From assembly GCA_009602735.1 (NCBI GenBank), contig WELA01003352.1, positions 393,081 to 433,913 on the forward strand: a DNA stretch of 40,833 bases, written 5' to 3'. Positions 1 through 13,483 of the stretch are shown one piece after another. Origin of the DNA: Mesotaenium endlicherianum. Lineage: Eukaryota. The translations under genes were made by a program, and so were the position numbers. Numbering within the stretch: the first letter of the stretch is position 1; the number at the start of each line of letters is the position of its first letter. Below the pieces are notes generated by a model. It did not search any database. It was not told the DNA's origin and saw only the letters and a list, made by a program, of their open reading frames with translations.

Positions 1-235
1 GGGGGGGGGGAGGGGGAAGGGGATGTGTGGGGCTACGGTAGCATGCACGTAAGCGCGACCTCATGTGCAAGTGTTGCCATGATCACACATGGGCGCGTGC
101 AGGGCATATTCGAGTGTGAAAAAAAATCCAGATGCGTTTGTCACGGTGAGATCTTTCTTTTATTGTACTGGGTGCCCAGCTGACGCCCGAGAGCTGTCTG
201 GGGATCGTGGGGGGTGTGTGCTTGAGGGCGGGCAG

Positions 236-3200
236 GCGGGGACTACACGGAGATGGGCTTGGCTGCCAGCACAGTCGCTAGCTCCTTCGGCAAGGTAGGC
301 AACCGTCGCGTGCGTGTCAGCGTCCAAGGTCTTAGGTGTTTCATGTACTTTCTCCATATACAGATGATACGCACCCACAATATCGTTCAGTGCATTCGCG
401 TGGGCGCGCTCACACACACACACGTGCGCGCGCCCGGGCATCCACAATGCGCGGGTGCGGGCGAAACAACATACACTATCACAAGCACACGCAAGCAAAC
501 ATTTGTGGTGCGTGCGTGTAAGCGTACATAAACGGGTACTGGTGTGGGTGGGTGTGGGTGTATTCGAATGTATGTGGCCACACCTCTCAAATTTTTGCAT
601 CGTTTTGTGCACCAATAACAGCAATGCCCCTAGACACTGCCGTCACAGGACAGGATGTGTGTGTGCGCGCGTGTGTGTGTTGTGTGTGCTTGTGAGCGTG
701 TGTGTGCGTGTGTGTTTGTGCTTGCGCGCGCCACCCAATTATTCTCACAATGCAAATCAATGCAGAAAGACACCCCTGCAAAGAAAGTCTGGCCAGATTC
801 TCTCCTGTCTTCTCGGCCACCTTGGAGATACTTTTGAAAAGTCTGTCTAAATCTGATGTTGAGTAGAAACTAGCCAAGCTCGGCAAGCTCGGCAATGCAT
901 GCACAGACAAACTCAAAGGCCTCTTCCTCCTTCCTCCTTCCTCCTTCCTCCCCCTCTTTTCCCCTCCCCCCTTCTCCCCCTCCCCCGGTGCATTTCTCTC
1001 CCTGCCGCGCAAGCGTGCGCAGCTGGTGCAGCCGGCAATGGCGACAAGCAAGAGCAAGGGCATGAACAAGAGCAGCGGCAGCGCAGAGGACGCCCAAGAG
1101 AGTGGCGATACGACAGGCGGTGGCGACGAGAGCGATGGCGGCAGGGCCGGGGGCATCAGCAGCGGGGGGAGCGGGGGCGGGGGTGGGCGGGCGGGCGACC
1201 GTATGGACCTGGCGAAGGCGGCGCTGCTGATGGTGACCAACAACATCGGCTCGCTGGCCATGCTGCACGCGCGCCCCGCCGGCGTGCGCCACATCCTCTT
1301 CGCCGGCAGCTTCCTCCACGGCAACAAGGTGGGTGGGTGCGCGCGCGGGTGTGGGTGTGCCGGGGGGCGAGCGTCTGTTGTATGCTCGTGGCATGCTCGC
1401 GCGGGGGCAGGTGTGGGTGTGCCGGGGGGCCGCGTCGCGTCTGCTGTCTGCTCGTGGCGTGCTCGGGGGTGCTCGTGATCACCACCTTCCTGCTCGTGCC
1501 TTGCCTCCTCCTCTGCGCGCATGGACGAGCTGTCGATGCGCGAAGCTTCCTCCGGGGCAACTGGGTGGGTGGGTGGGTGCGCTTGCAGGCACATGAGCGC
1601 ATGCGCGCACCTGCTCATGCTTTTGCCTCCGCGCGCCTGGGCTTGCCGTTTGTGGGTGCGCGGAGTTTCCTCCACGGCACTAAAGGGGGCGCGCTCCAGT
1701 GCCGGCTTGTATGCTAGCGTGCGAGCCTGCATGCCTGCTTGTGCTTCGAGAATGGCCTGTGTGCGTCTGGCGTTGTTTCGTATGTGAAGAGGTTTCCTCT
1801 GTGGAAAACAAGGTGCGCTTGTTTGTCTTTTGCTCGTGGGGGGGGCAGCGCGCCTCCTCTGGCTCTGCGCACGCCTGGGCGTGCTGTAGGTTTGCGGAGC
1901 GGGCTAGGCTTGGGGTCGGACTCGAAGGTCGTGGGTCGGGTTAGGGTTGAAGAAAATGGTTTTTGGGTTCAAGTTTGGATTTGTCAAGCGGCTGGCGGTC
2001 TTGGCAGGAGTGCGGGCTTCGGGGCAGGAAGGCAAGGGGTGCCGAGCAGAGGGGGGTGGGTCAAGAAAGAAATTAATCGTCTCTTGAGCTCCGGGAGAGT
2101 AGCGTTTTTCCCGTAATTGCTTGCGCGCGCGCGGGGGGTGCGGAAGGGGAGGGGAGGGGAGAGAAGAGGAGAGGGACTGCGAAGAGTCAGCACGTCCAGA
2201 TGCTCTTCCTGCTTGGTGTCTGTTTGTTTGCTTCTTAGTCTTCTGAACTGGCAGCACCTGCACAAACAGAAATTGGCGAGAAGTAGGATCACTGGGCAGC
2301 TGGCATCGCAGATCGTGTGGCTGCTGCCAAGCGNGGGCTGTGAGCGTGTGTTTTCCCGCATTACTTTGCAGCCTCCGTCTAAGCGTCTGTTTTCATTTGT
2401 GTGTGCGTGTGTGTCAGTGTGTGTGTGTGTGTGTGTGTGTGTGGTGTGGTGTGTGTGAATTTAAGGGAGTGGATCTGTGCATGCATGTGTGTGTTTGTGT
2501 GTGCCTCTGTCTGTGTTATAACATTTCTGATATCAAGCAAGGTTTATTGCAGGATGGTGATGCGCATGAACAACCATCGTCCCTGTATATTACTATTAAT
2601 GCCACCTCCGCTATCTTTGTGTCCAGAAGTAAAAGATTCGTTGCGAATGGGCAAGAAGAGAGGTGCTTCCAACAGCGTGGCAGCTCATATGTGGAGCATT
2701 GTGACCGTGACTGGTGTTGACGGAAACGTGAGTTGGCCGTCGTGTGTTGGTGGTGGGATGTCAGCTGGCAATGCGGCTGCTGGCCGTGGCCGTCGAGTTC
2801 TGGTCCAAGAGCAACATGAAAGTGAGGGACCGCCTCTCCAACTGTTTGACACTTGTCTCGGTCGTCCGGTGCTTCTTTCAACGTCAGTTTCTTTCTTATG
2901 TCTTTGAGGGTGTGCACTTTGTCAATTACCTTTGCCATCTTGTAGACTTGCACGTGCAGTTGTGTTGATCTCCTGCTGTTGCCACATTGAAATTAATGAC
3001 TAGTATGTAAGCCTCAGCAAGTTTTGTAAGAATTTTTGTCAAAAGGATTTCGAAAGAGTTGAGGTTGTAGTGATGTCTCGTCACTGCAAGTTTGGTCCCT
3101 GCCCACCGTATTTTCAGGGCAGCAACAATTAAGCTCCGGCTTCTATTTGAGAACGACACGAAGCATGTGTTGAGTGTTGGTCATTCAAATGTGCATAGCA

Positions 3201-3549
3201 ACCCAAGTACCTCATGCTCTAAGTATTATGATGGTGTAAGCTCAGAAGCCCTTTGCGGTAAGTTCTCAAATCGACTGATCACGGCAACTGAAGCTGGAAG
3301 CATTGAGCTGAGGTGCCATGTGAGCATGATGATTGGTCTGGTGCATGTACGTTCTGAAGCATCGGGACACGTCAAGCCACGTCAAGGGGAAAAAATGTAA
3401 GATATTTTTTGTCCATTTAATCTCGTGAAGTCGACGGCCATGTGCAGGCCATCTTCATGCGCCATGAGGGCCACGCGGGCGCGGTGGGAGCTCTTCTCAG
3501 TGCCCTCGACGTTTCCGATCCTGTGGACAGGCTAATTGCCGAAGGTTGA
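236..3549 (+). CDS. PANK: Type II pantothenate kinase, 3' part (exons 236-294, 1023-1328, 2765-2821, 3448-3549; 5' exons lie outside the window)
   Basis: All four exons have AG/GT borders and join in phase. They give [19 protein letters not shown] | ...[34 protein letters not shown] | [19 protein letters not shown] | [17 protein letters not shown]...EG*. These match, in order, the eukaryotic PanK-II motifs ASSFG, NNIG, FWSK and HEGxxGAxGA (recalled family motifs). Confidence 0.9.
1348..1470 (+). repeat. Imperfect ~62-bp tandem duplication in a PANK intron
   Basis: gtgtgggtgtgccggggggc...gcgtctgYtgtMtgctcgtggcRtgctcg occurs twice in succession. Confidence 0.7.
2399..2456. repeat. (GT)n microsatellite in a PANK intron (similar tracts at ~655-720 and (CA)n at ~40350-40382)
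   Basis: Dinucleotide runs visible directly. Confidence 0.85.
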
Positions 3550-4240
3550 CGAGAGTCTAAGTGTTTCTCCAAAGTCATCCACATCCAAATTGATTGTTGA
3601 CTGCGGCACATGGCACAGTGTCTCAGCTTGCTGCACTTGCTTAGCACAAAGATGGGTTGCATTCGGCGACGGGGCTAATGATCATGTAGAAAGTAATCCA
3701 TAGTTGGCTCCATCAGTTGTGTTCGAGAAGTTGGTATTCGCACTACCTTTGGCATTTGGTGACGCCCGATAACTTTAATATGTAGCTTAACCTTAACTAG
3801 CACTTAGTAAGTGCACGAATAGGATGATCTTGATTGCAAAAGAGGTGATGCAAGTGAGACCTTAAACTTTCTCGATCTGCGATTATATAACAATCTGGTT
3901 TGCCAAATTATAAAGGACCCCGTAAACTGTAGTTATTCAAGCTAATGAATATGTACCACCTACCAATACATTGGGAATGCATGCCTGAAATCCTGCAAGC
4001 ACTTAGAGAGTCCAAAGGTAAAAAGGACTTATGGAGGCTAGGAACATGAGCCAAGTTTATAGTTTATAATCTCTTCCATGTTCAGTGTACACTCTGTTTT
4101 CAACTTCGCCCTCTCCAAAAATCAGCAACTTTTAAGTCATATCATGATACCATATTAGTGCTCCACATACTCGTGTTGCAAAAGACATATTATGATGTCT
4201 ACTGTTTCCACATACTCCAGAATTGTGAATTTAGTGCCTC

Positions 4241-4363
4241 AGGTATAATTGTACAATATATTTGAAGAAATATAGATGAAGAAAATCGAACGTTTAGTGC
4301 TTAACGCCTTAGGTAAAATTGTACACTATATTTGAAGAGAAATAGATGAAGAAAAGCGAACGT
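4241..4363 (+). repeat. Imperfect direct repeat, two ~53-bp copies with 70-bp period
   Basis: aggtataattgtacaatatatttgaagaaatatagatgaagaaaatcgaacgt (4241) vs aggtaaaattgtacactatatttgaagagaaatagatgaagaaaagcgaacgt (4311). Confidence 0.85.
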
Positions 4364-5212
4364 AAAAACCCTGAATCAGGGAAAGGGGGGGCTAACATCC
4401 CCCTTTTTTTGAAATGCCGCCATTCAACTGGTGCTTGCGAAGTCCACGAAAGGGTTATGGGGGGGTCGGCTAGTTCGCCGGAAAGCCTTCTTAAATCCAT
4501 GGCCAGGCCAAGACACACTCATCCATTGGATGGTGGGGGGGAGAATTGCGACGCCCTACTAGGGGGGGCAGGGGAACCCGAGAAGGGTATGGAATAATGG
4601 AACTGTCCACATCGCAGAGGACGCCGGCAAAGGGGATCGATCGTGAGAGTAGGAGAATCGGAACACCCAAAGCGCGAACCAGACGCATTTGGGGGCCCTA
4701 CGAGGGCGAATAACAAAAGTCGTTCAATAGTGCCTGTTCTGAAGACTGCAAAAGTTGTTGCCGTCTCGATGTAATCTTGATGGAAGCACGCAACATGACT
4801 ATAATCAGTTTGTAGATTATAAAATGCCTCGAATCCTCGTATGTTTTCTTACTATCCTGATTCAAAAAAATGAAAAAGTCCCCAGACTGTAGAGGACATT
4901 GTGGGTTTAGGCTGCAGAATTAAAGCAGGAGCTCAGAGGGAACTCCCCAGCATAGAAGAACGTTGCAAGGCTCGGGCTACAGCCCACCTCAGTGGATGAG
5001 AACAGAAACTATAACAATCTCTTGTGTTGACCAACTTTGGTATACTCTTGTTTTGCAATGACGTACTTTGATCATCATAAAATACAGCGGTAATTAATAC
5101 ATGAACAGAATTTGGCCGCATCGGGGTTTGGCCCCCTAAGTTCAACGAGGTAGGAAATCTTATGCGTGGCACAAGACCACTTAATTGAATGCTGTGAAAG
5201 AGAAAACTGCCA

Positions 5213-5248
5213 AGAATCGTATTGCACTACAGAATCGTATTGCACTAC
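5213..5248 (+). repeat. Perfect 18-bp tandem duplication
   Basis: agaatcgtattgcactac x2. Confidence 0.85.
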
Positions 5249-5264
5249 ACTCGAAAATACAGCT

Positions 5265-6382
5265 CACCGGAGCTTCCTGCCGAACCAGAAGCAGGCCCTC
5301 TAACGCTGTCCGTACCTGCTCCAAACTGGCCTCCCAGAACGAACCTCCAGCAGAAGCAGACCCCGTTCACACTTGCTGTGCCGCTCTTCTGACGAGCTTT
5401 CAGCGGAAGCAGGCCCCGTTCGCACCTGGCCTCCCAGGGCGAGCTTGAAGCAGAGGCTGGCCCTGTGCACACGTAGCCCCCACCACCCCCCAAGGGTCCT
5501 CACTCCCAAGAGGCGGTGTCCCCCCTTCCCCCCCCCCCCTTCCCTTTCAAGGCAGCAAACGCACCCACCCGACCCTTTGCTCCTCCTTAATAATCAGACC
5601 TCGGCCTTCAATCCTAAAATCGAGACAACTTACAAGGTCCTGGCCCCTGCAGGTCCTCACAGCTGGAGGCCTCCCCCAGAAGAGCCCTGCACCAAGTGTC
5701 ACCCAAATGAAAAATCCTCCTGCTGTGGTTGAATGGGACAGTCACACGCTCCCAAATATTTGGAAGTGCGCGTCAAAGTCTTCCCGTCACGAACCCCAGC
5801 CCCAACTTTCATCGACGTAGCTTTCATCGACTTCTGTCACTCTGTCACCCGCTTGTGCCATGCTGCATTTGTACTCCTATTGCCACTGCCAAACGTTTGA
5901 GCCCTGAACGCTGAGAATCCTGAACCTCAAACCCGCAACCCCTGCACGTTCTGTCCCGCCGCCCATCCTCCCCCAGTGCTCCCCCCCTCCACCGTTCCCC
6001 AACCCCCTCCTCCATACCTGATTTTCTTCCTCCCCTCTACTACCCTCCTGCAATTTGCCGCCTCCTGGGTTACGATGGAAACATTCCAACAAGTCACGCT
6101 TTATCTGTACCAGTCACGCATTGTGCATGGCATATGCACTGTGTGTGGGAGATGCATGTACATTTATTACCCACAGAAGGAGTGCACTGACAGACAGTCT
6201 TCAAGCCGTGCTGCAATCAATTCAGATGAGGAGTTTAGGCCATGCCTGAGGGGGTGGGCCTCATCACAGGTAGCTCGCTAGCCCCGACACATGCTCGCGG
6301 GTGAACACCTTGTACTGTGGATGTCTGCCATGTGGCGCATCCCCGGCCAGGAATCGCTTCCAGTGCACGCATCCGGAGGAGG
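5265..6382 (-). pseudogene. Relic partial duplicate of the methyltransferase-like gene: pseudo-exon 6264-6372 plus the homologous downstream intron and its minisatellite
   Basis: The minus strand encodes CVHWKRFLAGDAPHGRHPQYKVFTREHVSGLASYL*, 29/35 identical to exon 31845-31952. The acceptor has changed CAG to CGG and a TGA follows YL. Intronic blocks are collinear with 30750-31845: the CAGCAGAAGCAGRCCCCGTTCACAC repeats, ttcaaggcagc, and gctggaggccYcccccagaagagccc. Confidence 0.8.
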
Positions 6383-7306
6383 CAGGCACTTGGTCGCTTG
6401 CTTGCTGTCATCTGAAGTCAAGGTCACACACAAAACTTTCGGAGGGAAGTCGCGAGGGAAGTCCAATCACCACATGCTGCGGACGTCGGTTCCTAAGACC
6501 ACACCACAAGTCGACCGGCGTGGGCGACGCACTGACAACGCGACAGGGTGAAGGGCCATCCAAAGAATAACAAAGGGCCGTCGACAAGTGCTCACAGCTA
6601 GAGTACTGCCACTTGGCGGCAGATTCATCATTTTTGCTGGCAGGTTTGCTGCACCTATTCCCTCTTTCCCTGAGTCCTCTCCCTCTCCTCCCCTCTGTTT
6701 CTCCTTCTCCCTCACCCTCACCCTCCGTATCACCCCCCAGGGGTGCGTCTCCTTTGGTGCGCTCTCTGTGCCCTCCTCCAAGGCTTCTCCTTTAGGGGCT
6801 ACTACAGCCCAAGCCAGTAATTCTCAGCCCCTGAAACTCTAAACCCGGCAACACTCAGGACGAAGACACTGCGCCTTGCCGGGTCTCCGTGTGCCTGCGT
6901 ACGAAAGATTTACTGTGTAAGCGTGCAGATTTCTTAAGGAGCTTTTCTCCATTTCAGAGGTGCACCAGAATTGGGTGTGGCCGTGGCCGTGGTTTCTGGA
7001 GTGTTGGGGTTTAGGGTGCAACTAAGAGGCGCTTGAGGCTTTTCCTAAATTTGCTTGCTGTAGGGGGCCTATGTTCGAAGGGTTTGCAAGAGCTATGTGC
7101 TCTCAGCACACACGCTGTCGCTTGTTGAAGCAGCGAGCTAAGGGGCGGGCATGAGTGAAAGTGTGTGCATGCATGCGTGCGTGCGTGGGTGGGTGTGCCA
7201 AGTTGCCTGCACATGCTCGCGCTCACTCGTGCACGCGTGTCTCAAAGTGTGCGACTAATTCAAATATTTCCACAAGTATGGGCTTGTCTTTGAATTTGTG
7301 TACGTA

Positions 7307-7809
7307 TGTAGTGAAACAGATAGATAAAGTACTTAGTAAAACAGAATACTTTATCTATTCAAGACAAGGATCTTTGAACACAAGTGGTAGCTTCTTGAAA
7401 GAGAGATGGCTTCTTGAAAGTTAATATATTTCTGGATTTTGGCAAGTACAAGAGTGATTCTCCAATGTCTTTCTATGTTCTAGCTCTTGTTTATATACTT
7501 GCTACATAAGTAATTTCTAGGAAGGTGTATGTTGATGTGTTGGCACCCAACACATCCCAAAACTTGCCACCTCTTTCTAGAATAATGTACACATGTCCTT
7601 TTGACCTAAAAATGGCACATTTGACTTTTGCCACATGGAGTTCTTCTAGGTCTTTCCTCTAACTTCGAAAATGCCTTGGAAGGTTCAAAGGACATGAACC
7701 AAGTTACTAGAGTACCTATTCACACTTGACTCCACACAATACTACTCCAAATATATTTGAAAACATTAAAATATATGCAAACTAATATATAATAACTCAA
7801 ATCACTACA
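7307..7809 (-). repeat. 3' LTR of copy 1
   Basis: TGTAGTG...CACTACA termini; 4 substitutions relative to the 5' LTR by eye. Confidence 0.97.
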
Positions 7810-8578
7810 TCACCCCCCCGATAGAAAAAGCGACGTCTCGGCGCGTCAAGTCAGGTCTTACACATGTGGAGCAAACTAGTCAACAGTTTCAAGTCAGATG
7901 CCCCACATGTGAAGAGGACTAGTCAAAGGCGCCAAGTCAGGTGCTACACATGTAAGGTAGACTAGGCAAGGTCGTAGGTGGTGTGACCTTATTGGCTAGC
8001 CTACTCCTTAATGATAAAGAAAATTGTACAAGTTGGCCCAGAATCTGCCACGAACTCAAAAATTCATAGCGGCCACAGAACTGCTCCAAATCTGAAAATT
8101 CGAGTGCCAGACGGACCGCGTCGGAGAACTCTACCGGGTCACCAAATTTGAGAGCATTCTCATTTCTGGAGTGTCGTTGAGAGCTGAGAGAGTAGGCACT
8201 CCTCCAAATCTGTGCAGAAACTTCTGAAAATCATAAGTCCTTCTATACTTCTCCAAATTCTGCAAACTAAGTCTCAAACTGGGCGCTGTAAGATGTTCTA
8301 CCAGAGTCTTGAGTTTCAGAGCATTCCAAGTTCAGGGGAGGGCACAATGTCAGAAGGCATATTCTGCCCTAACAATGCCAGCAGCCTGACCCCCTTCTAC
8401 TTAGAGCATCATATCTCTCTCACCAGTGCTCCAAATTGAGCAAACTTGGACTCTAAATGACCGGCTACTCATGGACTACAGCCAGGTAAATTTTCAGAAT
8501 TTATTATGCAGAGACCTATTACCAGTAGCAGTTTTAGTTTTCTGTCCAGAAACTGCGAGAAGAGAAGAGTGTCTAATG

Positions 8579-11500
8579 TCAATTTTTCCTCTTTCTTGTT
8601 CTTGCAGGCTGCCTCCAAGGGGTCTTCTGCTGCTTCTTGATGGTGGCAGGCTGCCTCCCTGAAGTCTTCGGGCTTCTAGTAGAGAGACTTGGGGCTGGTC
8701 CAAGATGGGGGTTGGCGGCATGGAAGCGCTTCAACTTTCTCTGAACTTTGTCAAGGTAGTGCGCCGCCACCCAACTATTCTCCGAATCTGGATATCCTTT
8801 CCACTTGATCAAGTATTGCTGCTGTCTCCTGAAATTTCTCATAGCCACTATGTCTTCCACTTCGTACTCCAAATGATCATCCACTATTGTTGGGGCTGGT
8901 GGGGTTGTCACACGTCCTGGGAACTTGTTGTCGGGTTGCACATATGGCTTGAAGAGGGAAGCGTGGAATACGGGGTCGATGTGCATAGTCTGGGGAAGTT
9001 CTAGCTTGAAAGCAACGGGGTTGACTTGCTGGATAATCTTGAAGGGTCCCAAATACTTGGGAGAGAACTTGCTGCCGGCAGGCCTGTTGTTCAGGGAAAT
9101 GTTCTTGGATGATAGTAACACGTTGTCACCCACTCTGTACGTAATTTCTCTTCTGGATCTGTTCGCCACTCTTGCTTGAGCATCTTGCGCGTGTTGTAGA
9201 GCTTTCTTCGCTGCTGTAAGGGCTGCTTCTAATGTCTCCATAAAATCTGTGGCTGCAGGTACTTCATCATGGCCAGCCGTGAAGCTCAGTGGCGTGGTCG
9301 GATGGAAGCCATAGTTGAGGAAGAATGGGGACTCTTGGGTAGAGGCCTGCGTAGTGTTGTTGTAGGCAAACTCGAGGGGGGTCAAGTACATGTCCCAGTC
9401 TTGCTCGAGGGTAGACACGTAGGCCTTTAGAGAGGTCTTTAGGGTACGATTCATACGCTCGGTTTGCCCATCTGATTGTGGGTGGTAGGCAGTAGACATA
9501 TCCAGCGATGTACCCAAGTTCTTGAAGAGATTTTTCCAGAAATGGCTTGTGAATCTTGGATCTCTATCTGACACAATTCTTGATGGTAGTCCATGGAGTC
9601 GGAAGATGTTGTCAAAGATGAGTCTTGCAAGTTGTGGTGCTGTAGCCTTAGTCGTCGTGGGAATAAAATGAGCCATCTTGGTAAGTCTGTCCACCACCGT
9701 GAGTATTGCATTATGGCCTCGAGGTGTCACGGGCAAGTCCACGATAAGGTCCATTGAGATGTCCGTCCATTGTCTTTCGGGGATTGGTAGTGGTTGGAGG
9801 AGTCCTCCCGCCTTTTGCGATGATGGCTTGATTCTTTGGCATGTGTCACAGCTCCTGCAGTACTCCTTGACTTGCTTAGACATGCCTGGCCAACAATAAG
9901 TCCTAGCTAGAACGCCCGTGGTCCTTAGGATTCCAAAGTGTCCTCCAAGAGGGTTGTCGTGTGCTTCTCGTAGAAGCAAGAGCCGGAGGTCTATGTCATT
10001 AGGAACACATCTCTGGCCCGTATCTTGCCTCACCCAATAATTGCCTTCTTGCTTCTTGCATGGGTCCAAGGCTGCTTCTCCGTTCTTGTAGTAAGGGTCT
10101 CTTTCATAGGCGGCTGAAAATCGAGCTTCCAGATCTGTCTTCAGGGATACCATCACTGCATTTAATTGCAGTCTTGAGAGGGGGTCAGCCGGGTTTGTCT
10201 TGCCGGGCTGGTACTGAATCGTGATGTTGTATTGTTGCAAGTATCCGCTCCATCTTGCTTGTCTCCTTGAGAGATACGGCTGCGTTTGGAGGTGCTTTAA
10301 CGCCTCGTGGTCCGTGGTGACCAGTACTTTGCGTCCTTCAACGTAGCAGCGCCAAACCTTCAAGGCATGTACAATCGCCAATGCCTCTCGCTCCGTGGTT
10401 GTATAATTTTGCTCGGCTGGATTTAGCTTCCTTGACTCGTAGGCGATGGGCTGCAGTCCCTTGCCTTGGTCTTGAAGCAGGATTGCTCCTATTGCATAGG
10501 AAGATGCATCGGTGATGACGTGGAAGGGCCAATCTGGGTTTGGACTTGGGAGTGTGAGCACCGGGGATGTGGTCAATCTTCGCTTTAACTCTTGAAATGC
10601 CTCTTCCTCTTTCTCGGTCCATGTATATAGCCTGTCCTTCTTGAGTAGATCTGTCAGGGGGGCTGCTATGTGCGAGAAGCCTTGGATGAATTTTCTGTAC
10701 CAATTGGCAAATCCCAAGAATGACTGGAGTTCTTTCTTGGTCGTGGGGGTTGGCCATTCCTCCACCACCGTGGTCTTCTTGGGGTCTATCTTGATGCCAT
10801 CAGCAGTCACGTGGAGACCTAGGAACTCCACTTCTTGTTTGGCAAACTCGCATTTTGACTCCTTCGCAAACAGCTTGTTTTGCTTCAATACTTCAAGGAC
10901 TTCTTTCAAGTGTCTCGCATGCTCTTCAAGGGTCTTGCTGTAGATAAGGATGTCATCGATGAATACCACCACAAATCTGTCCAACATGGGCTGAAATATG
11001 GTGTTCATCATAGTCATGAAAGTTGCTGGCGCGTTGGTGAGTCCAAATGGCAGGACCATGAACTCAAAATGTCCATATCTTGTCCTGAATGCCGTCTTCT
11101 CTATGTCCGGTTCTGCGATGCGAATCTGGTGGTAGCCGCTCCGTAAGTCAATCTTCGTGAAGTACTTGGCTCCAACCAGCCGGTCCATGAGCTCATCCAT
11201 GCGCGGCAGCGGGTATCGATTCTTGATGGTGATCTTGTTGAGGGCGCGATAGTCCACACACATCCTCAAGGTACCATCTTTCTTCTTGACAAATAGCACC
11301 GGGGCTCCAAATGGCGACTTGCTAGGTCGAATGAAGCCATGCTCCAGTAGCTCCTTGATTTGCTTCTTGACTTCGTCTAGCTCCGTGTATGACATTTTGA
11401 ACGTAGGCCGAGAGATGGGCTTGCTTCCGGGCTCCAACTCTATCTTGTGGTCTACGAATCTTTTGGGGGGTAGGCCCTTGGGCAATTCCGGGGAGAACAC

Positions 11501-12187
11501 TTCTTTGTAGTCCTCTAAGACTTCTTGTATCTCCTTGGGAACGGGGCTGCCTTCTTGACTCTCGATGTCTTTCTTGATGTCTTTTGGCGTGATCAAGGCC
11601 AAAAGAAGCTCGTGTCCCTTCCTCACAAGTCTCTTGAGTTGGAGGGCGGACAATAGTATCTCGTGTGCCGGCTTCTGGATGTCTTGGGTCTGGATATTCT
11701 GGATTGCGCGCAAAATACAGATTCTTGAAGTGATGTCATTCTTGATCTTGATAGTACCGGTCCTCCAATCAACTTGGGGGTTGTGCTTGGTCAACCAAGG
11801 CGTCCCTAGGATGACGTCGTACTTGCCCAATTGCATGGGGGAGAACACTACTCTATCCTTGAAGGACTTGATAGAGAGTGCCAAGGGGTACGTCTTCTTG
11901 GAAGGGGTAGTATAGGAGAATCCATCGGGCATCATAATCTCCTCGTCGTGGTCAAGAGTTCGCATAGTAATACCGTGCTTGGTGGCAAAATCTGCAGCAA
12001 TGAAGTTGCCTTGAGCTCCGCTATCCACCAAGATGTGGACCTTCTCTCCTCCAAGGTAACCTCTCAAACTCATTGGGGCTGGAACGTCGTCTTCAACGGG
12101 GGTCTCCACCTCACTTGGCGTGTTGCCTTCTCGTGAAGTGGGTCTTGGGGTGGTAGGCTCCTGGCCTACCGGCGCTGTCCGTTTTTT
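8579..12187 (-). CDS. pol: Pol of copy 1 (protease, RT, RNase H, integrase, chromodomain), probably expressed as Gag-Pol by -1 frameshift
   Basis: Motifs [34 protein letters not shown]35-E, GPF and [15 protein letters not shown]; slippery A AAA AAC at 12181-12187 (minus). Confidence 0.96.
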   Translation of the reverse strand, partial: KKRTAPVGQEPTTPRPTSREGNTPSEVETPVEDDVPAPMSLRGYLGGEKVHILVDSGAQGNFIAADFATKHGITMRTLDHDEEIMMPDGFSYTTPSKKTYPLALSIKSFKDRVVFSPMQLGKYDVILGTPWLTKHNPQVDWRTGTIKIKNDITSRICILRAIQNIQTQDIQKPAHEILLSALQLKRLVRKGHELLLALITPKDIKKDIESQEGSPVPKEIQEVLEDYKEVFSPELPKGLPPKRFVDHKIELEPGSKPISRPTFKMSYTELDEVKKQIKELLEHGFIRPSKSPFGAPVLFVKKKDGTLRMCVDYRALNKITIKNRYPLPRMDELMDRLVGAKYFTKIDLRSGYHQIRIAEPDIEKTAFRTRYGHFEFMVLPFGLTNAPATFMTMMNTIFQPMLDRFVVVFIDDILIYSKTLEEHARHLKEVLEVLKQNKLFAKESKCEFAKQEVEFLGLHVTADGIKIDPKKTTVVEEWPTPTTKKELQSFLGFANWYRKFIQGFSHIAAPLTDLLKKDRLYTWTEKEEEAFQELKRRLTTSPVLTLPSPNPDWPFHVITDASSYAIGAILLQDQGKGLQPIAYESRKLNPAEQNYTTTEREALAIVHALKVWRCYVEGRKVLVTTDHEALKHLQTQPYLSRRQARWSGYLQQYNITIQYQPGKTNPADPLSRLQLNAVMVSLKTDLEARFSAAYERDPYYKNGEAALDPCKKQEGNYWVRQDTGQRCVPNDIDLRLLLLREAHDNPLGGHFGILRTTGVLARTYCWPGMSKQVKEYCRSCDTCQRIKPSSQKAGGLLQPLPIPERQWTDISMDLIVDLPVTPRGHNAILTVVDRLTKMAHFIPTTTKATAPQLARLIFDNIFRLHGLPSRIVSDRDPRFTSHFWKNLFKNLGTSLDMSTAYHPQSDGQTERMNRTLKTSLKAYVSTLEQDWDMYLTPLEFAYNNTTQASTQESPFFLNYGFHPTTPLSFTAGHDEVPAATDFMETLEAALTAAKKALQHAQDAQARVANRSRREITYRVGDNVLLSSKNISLNNRPAGSKFSPKYLGPFKIIQQVNPVAFKLELPQTMHIDPVFHASLFKPYVQPDNKFPGRVTTPPAPTIVDDHLEYEVEDIVAMRNFRRQQQYLIKWKGYPDSENSWVAAHYLDKVQRKLKRFHAANPHLGPAPSLSTRSPKTSGRQPATIKKQQKTPWRQPARTRKRKN

Positions 12188-13446
12188 GACAACTTTTTGG
12201 GGCATGAAAGTGCACGATGGCCCTTTTCCTTGCAATAAAAGCATAGTCCAGCCGTCATGAGAGCTTCTTTTTCAGCCGGGGAGAGTCTTGCTTTCACTCC
12301 TTGCTGGTTTCTTGCATCATAAGTGTCATTGGAGGGTCTTCCACTCTTCCGGGCAGCCGCGGGGTCCCTTTTAATAACTCCGATTTCCATGGGTGTGGGT
12401 CCAGATTCGGATGTGGAAGGGGCTGCGTACACCCGCGTCGTCGGTACCCGTGAAGATGAAGGCACGGAGTGCTTGAAATCCAAGGTATCCACCTTTTGGG
12501 CCACTTCAATGATCTTTGAGAAGTCCGTCAAGTCGCGTAACTCCACTTCCTTTGCCACCTTGGGTTTGAGGCCAAAGATGTAGCGGTCAATCTTCTCCTC
12601 GAGAGACATGTTGGGGATCTCAAGAGTGAGGGCGTGAAATCTGGATGTATACTCTTGAACGGACGTCGTTTGCTTGAGATGGTGGAGCTTTCCTCGGGCA
12701 ATCTTCTCCGCATTGATGGGCATGAATTGCTTCTTGAGGGCCTCACGAAAATCTGCCCATCTTGCATATGATGGTGGGGGCTCTTGGCCGAGCATGGGGT
12801 GCGCCATAGCTTGATATATAGCCGCTTGATAGTTACGCCACCATGATGTTGCTGCTCCTCTAAGTAAGGTAACGGCAAAGGGAACGTAGTCCTCCTCGGG
12901 TACTTCAAGGAATGCGAGGTACGTCTCCACTTGGTAGAGCCATAAATTCAGGTTGGCACCTTTCCCGGGGTTGAAAGTGTCGGGTTTGCCGGGCTTGATG
13001 AGTTTCCTTGCTCTCGTTGGCTCTTGTGGAGGCGCTTGAGCCGGGGCTGGATTTTGAGCATTGCTCGCAATAGGGGCAACCATGGCAGCCATAGCTTCTC
13101 TTGACGCTTGCACGGTTGCTTCATAGGTGGCCAAGCCCACTTGGTTGTGGACGGTCATTAGGAAGGCTGCCCACTCATTTGCGGGAACTCCTTGTGGTGG
13201 GGTCAACTTTGCTATAGCGGCTGCCACGGGATTTGACGGTGCTCCTCCTTGTGGTGCTTCTTGTTGTTGGAGATTTCCTTGAGTAGGCTCTCCCATCGAC
13301 GCTGGAGGAGGGTGTGCTCCTCCTTGTGGTGCTTCTTGTTGTTGCAGATTTTCTTGAGTGGGCTCTCCCATCGGCGCTGGAGGAGGGTGTCTTGGAGAGG
13401 AAGGGCTTCCTTCGAAAGCTTGCTGTTGGTCTTGAGGATCGGCCAT
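12166..13446 (-). CDS. gag: Gag of copy 1 (426 aa)
   Basis: Retrotransposon capsid-like core ([23 protein letters not shown]) and CCHC knuckle [14 protein letters not shown]. Confidence 0.95.
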   Translation of the reverse strand: MADPQDQQQAFEGSPSSPRHPPPAPMGEPTQENLQQQEAPQGGAHPPPASMGEPTQGNLQQQEAPQGGAPSNPVAAAIAKLTPPQGVPANEWAAFLMTVHNQVGLATYEATVQASREAMAAMVAPIASNAQNPAPAQAPPQEPTRARKLIKPGKPDTFNPGKGANLNLWLYQVETYLAFLEVPEEDYVPFAVTLLRGAATSWWRNYQAAIYQAMAHPMLGQEPPPSYARWADFREALKKQFMPINAEKIARGKLHHLKQTTSVQEYTSRFHALTLEIPNMSLEEKIDRYIFGLKPKVAKEVELRDLTDFSKIIEVAQKVDTLDFKHSVPSSSRVPTTRVYAAPSTSESGPTPMEIGVIKRDPAAARKSGRPSNDTYDARNQQGVKARLSPAEKEALMTAGLCFYCKEKGHRALSCPKKLSKNGQRR

Positions 13447-13483
13447 CTTCTTGTGCTACCAAAGTGCCTAGCTCCGATACCAC

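Noticed and set aside
587..1732. Long overlapping ORFs (381 aa minus, 272 aa plus) around PANK exon 1023-1328
   Set aside because: Shadow frames of a GC-rich exon plus GT/CA-repeat intron; low complexity with no domain.
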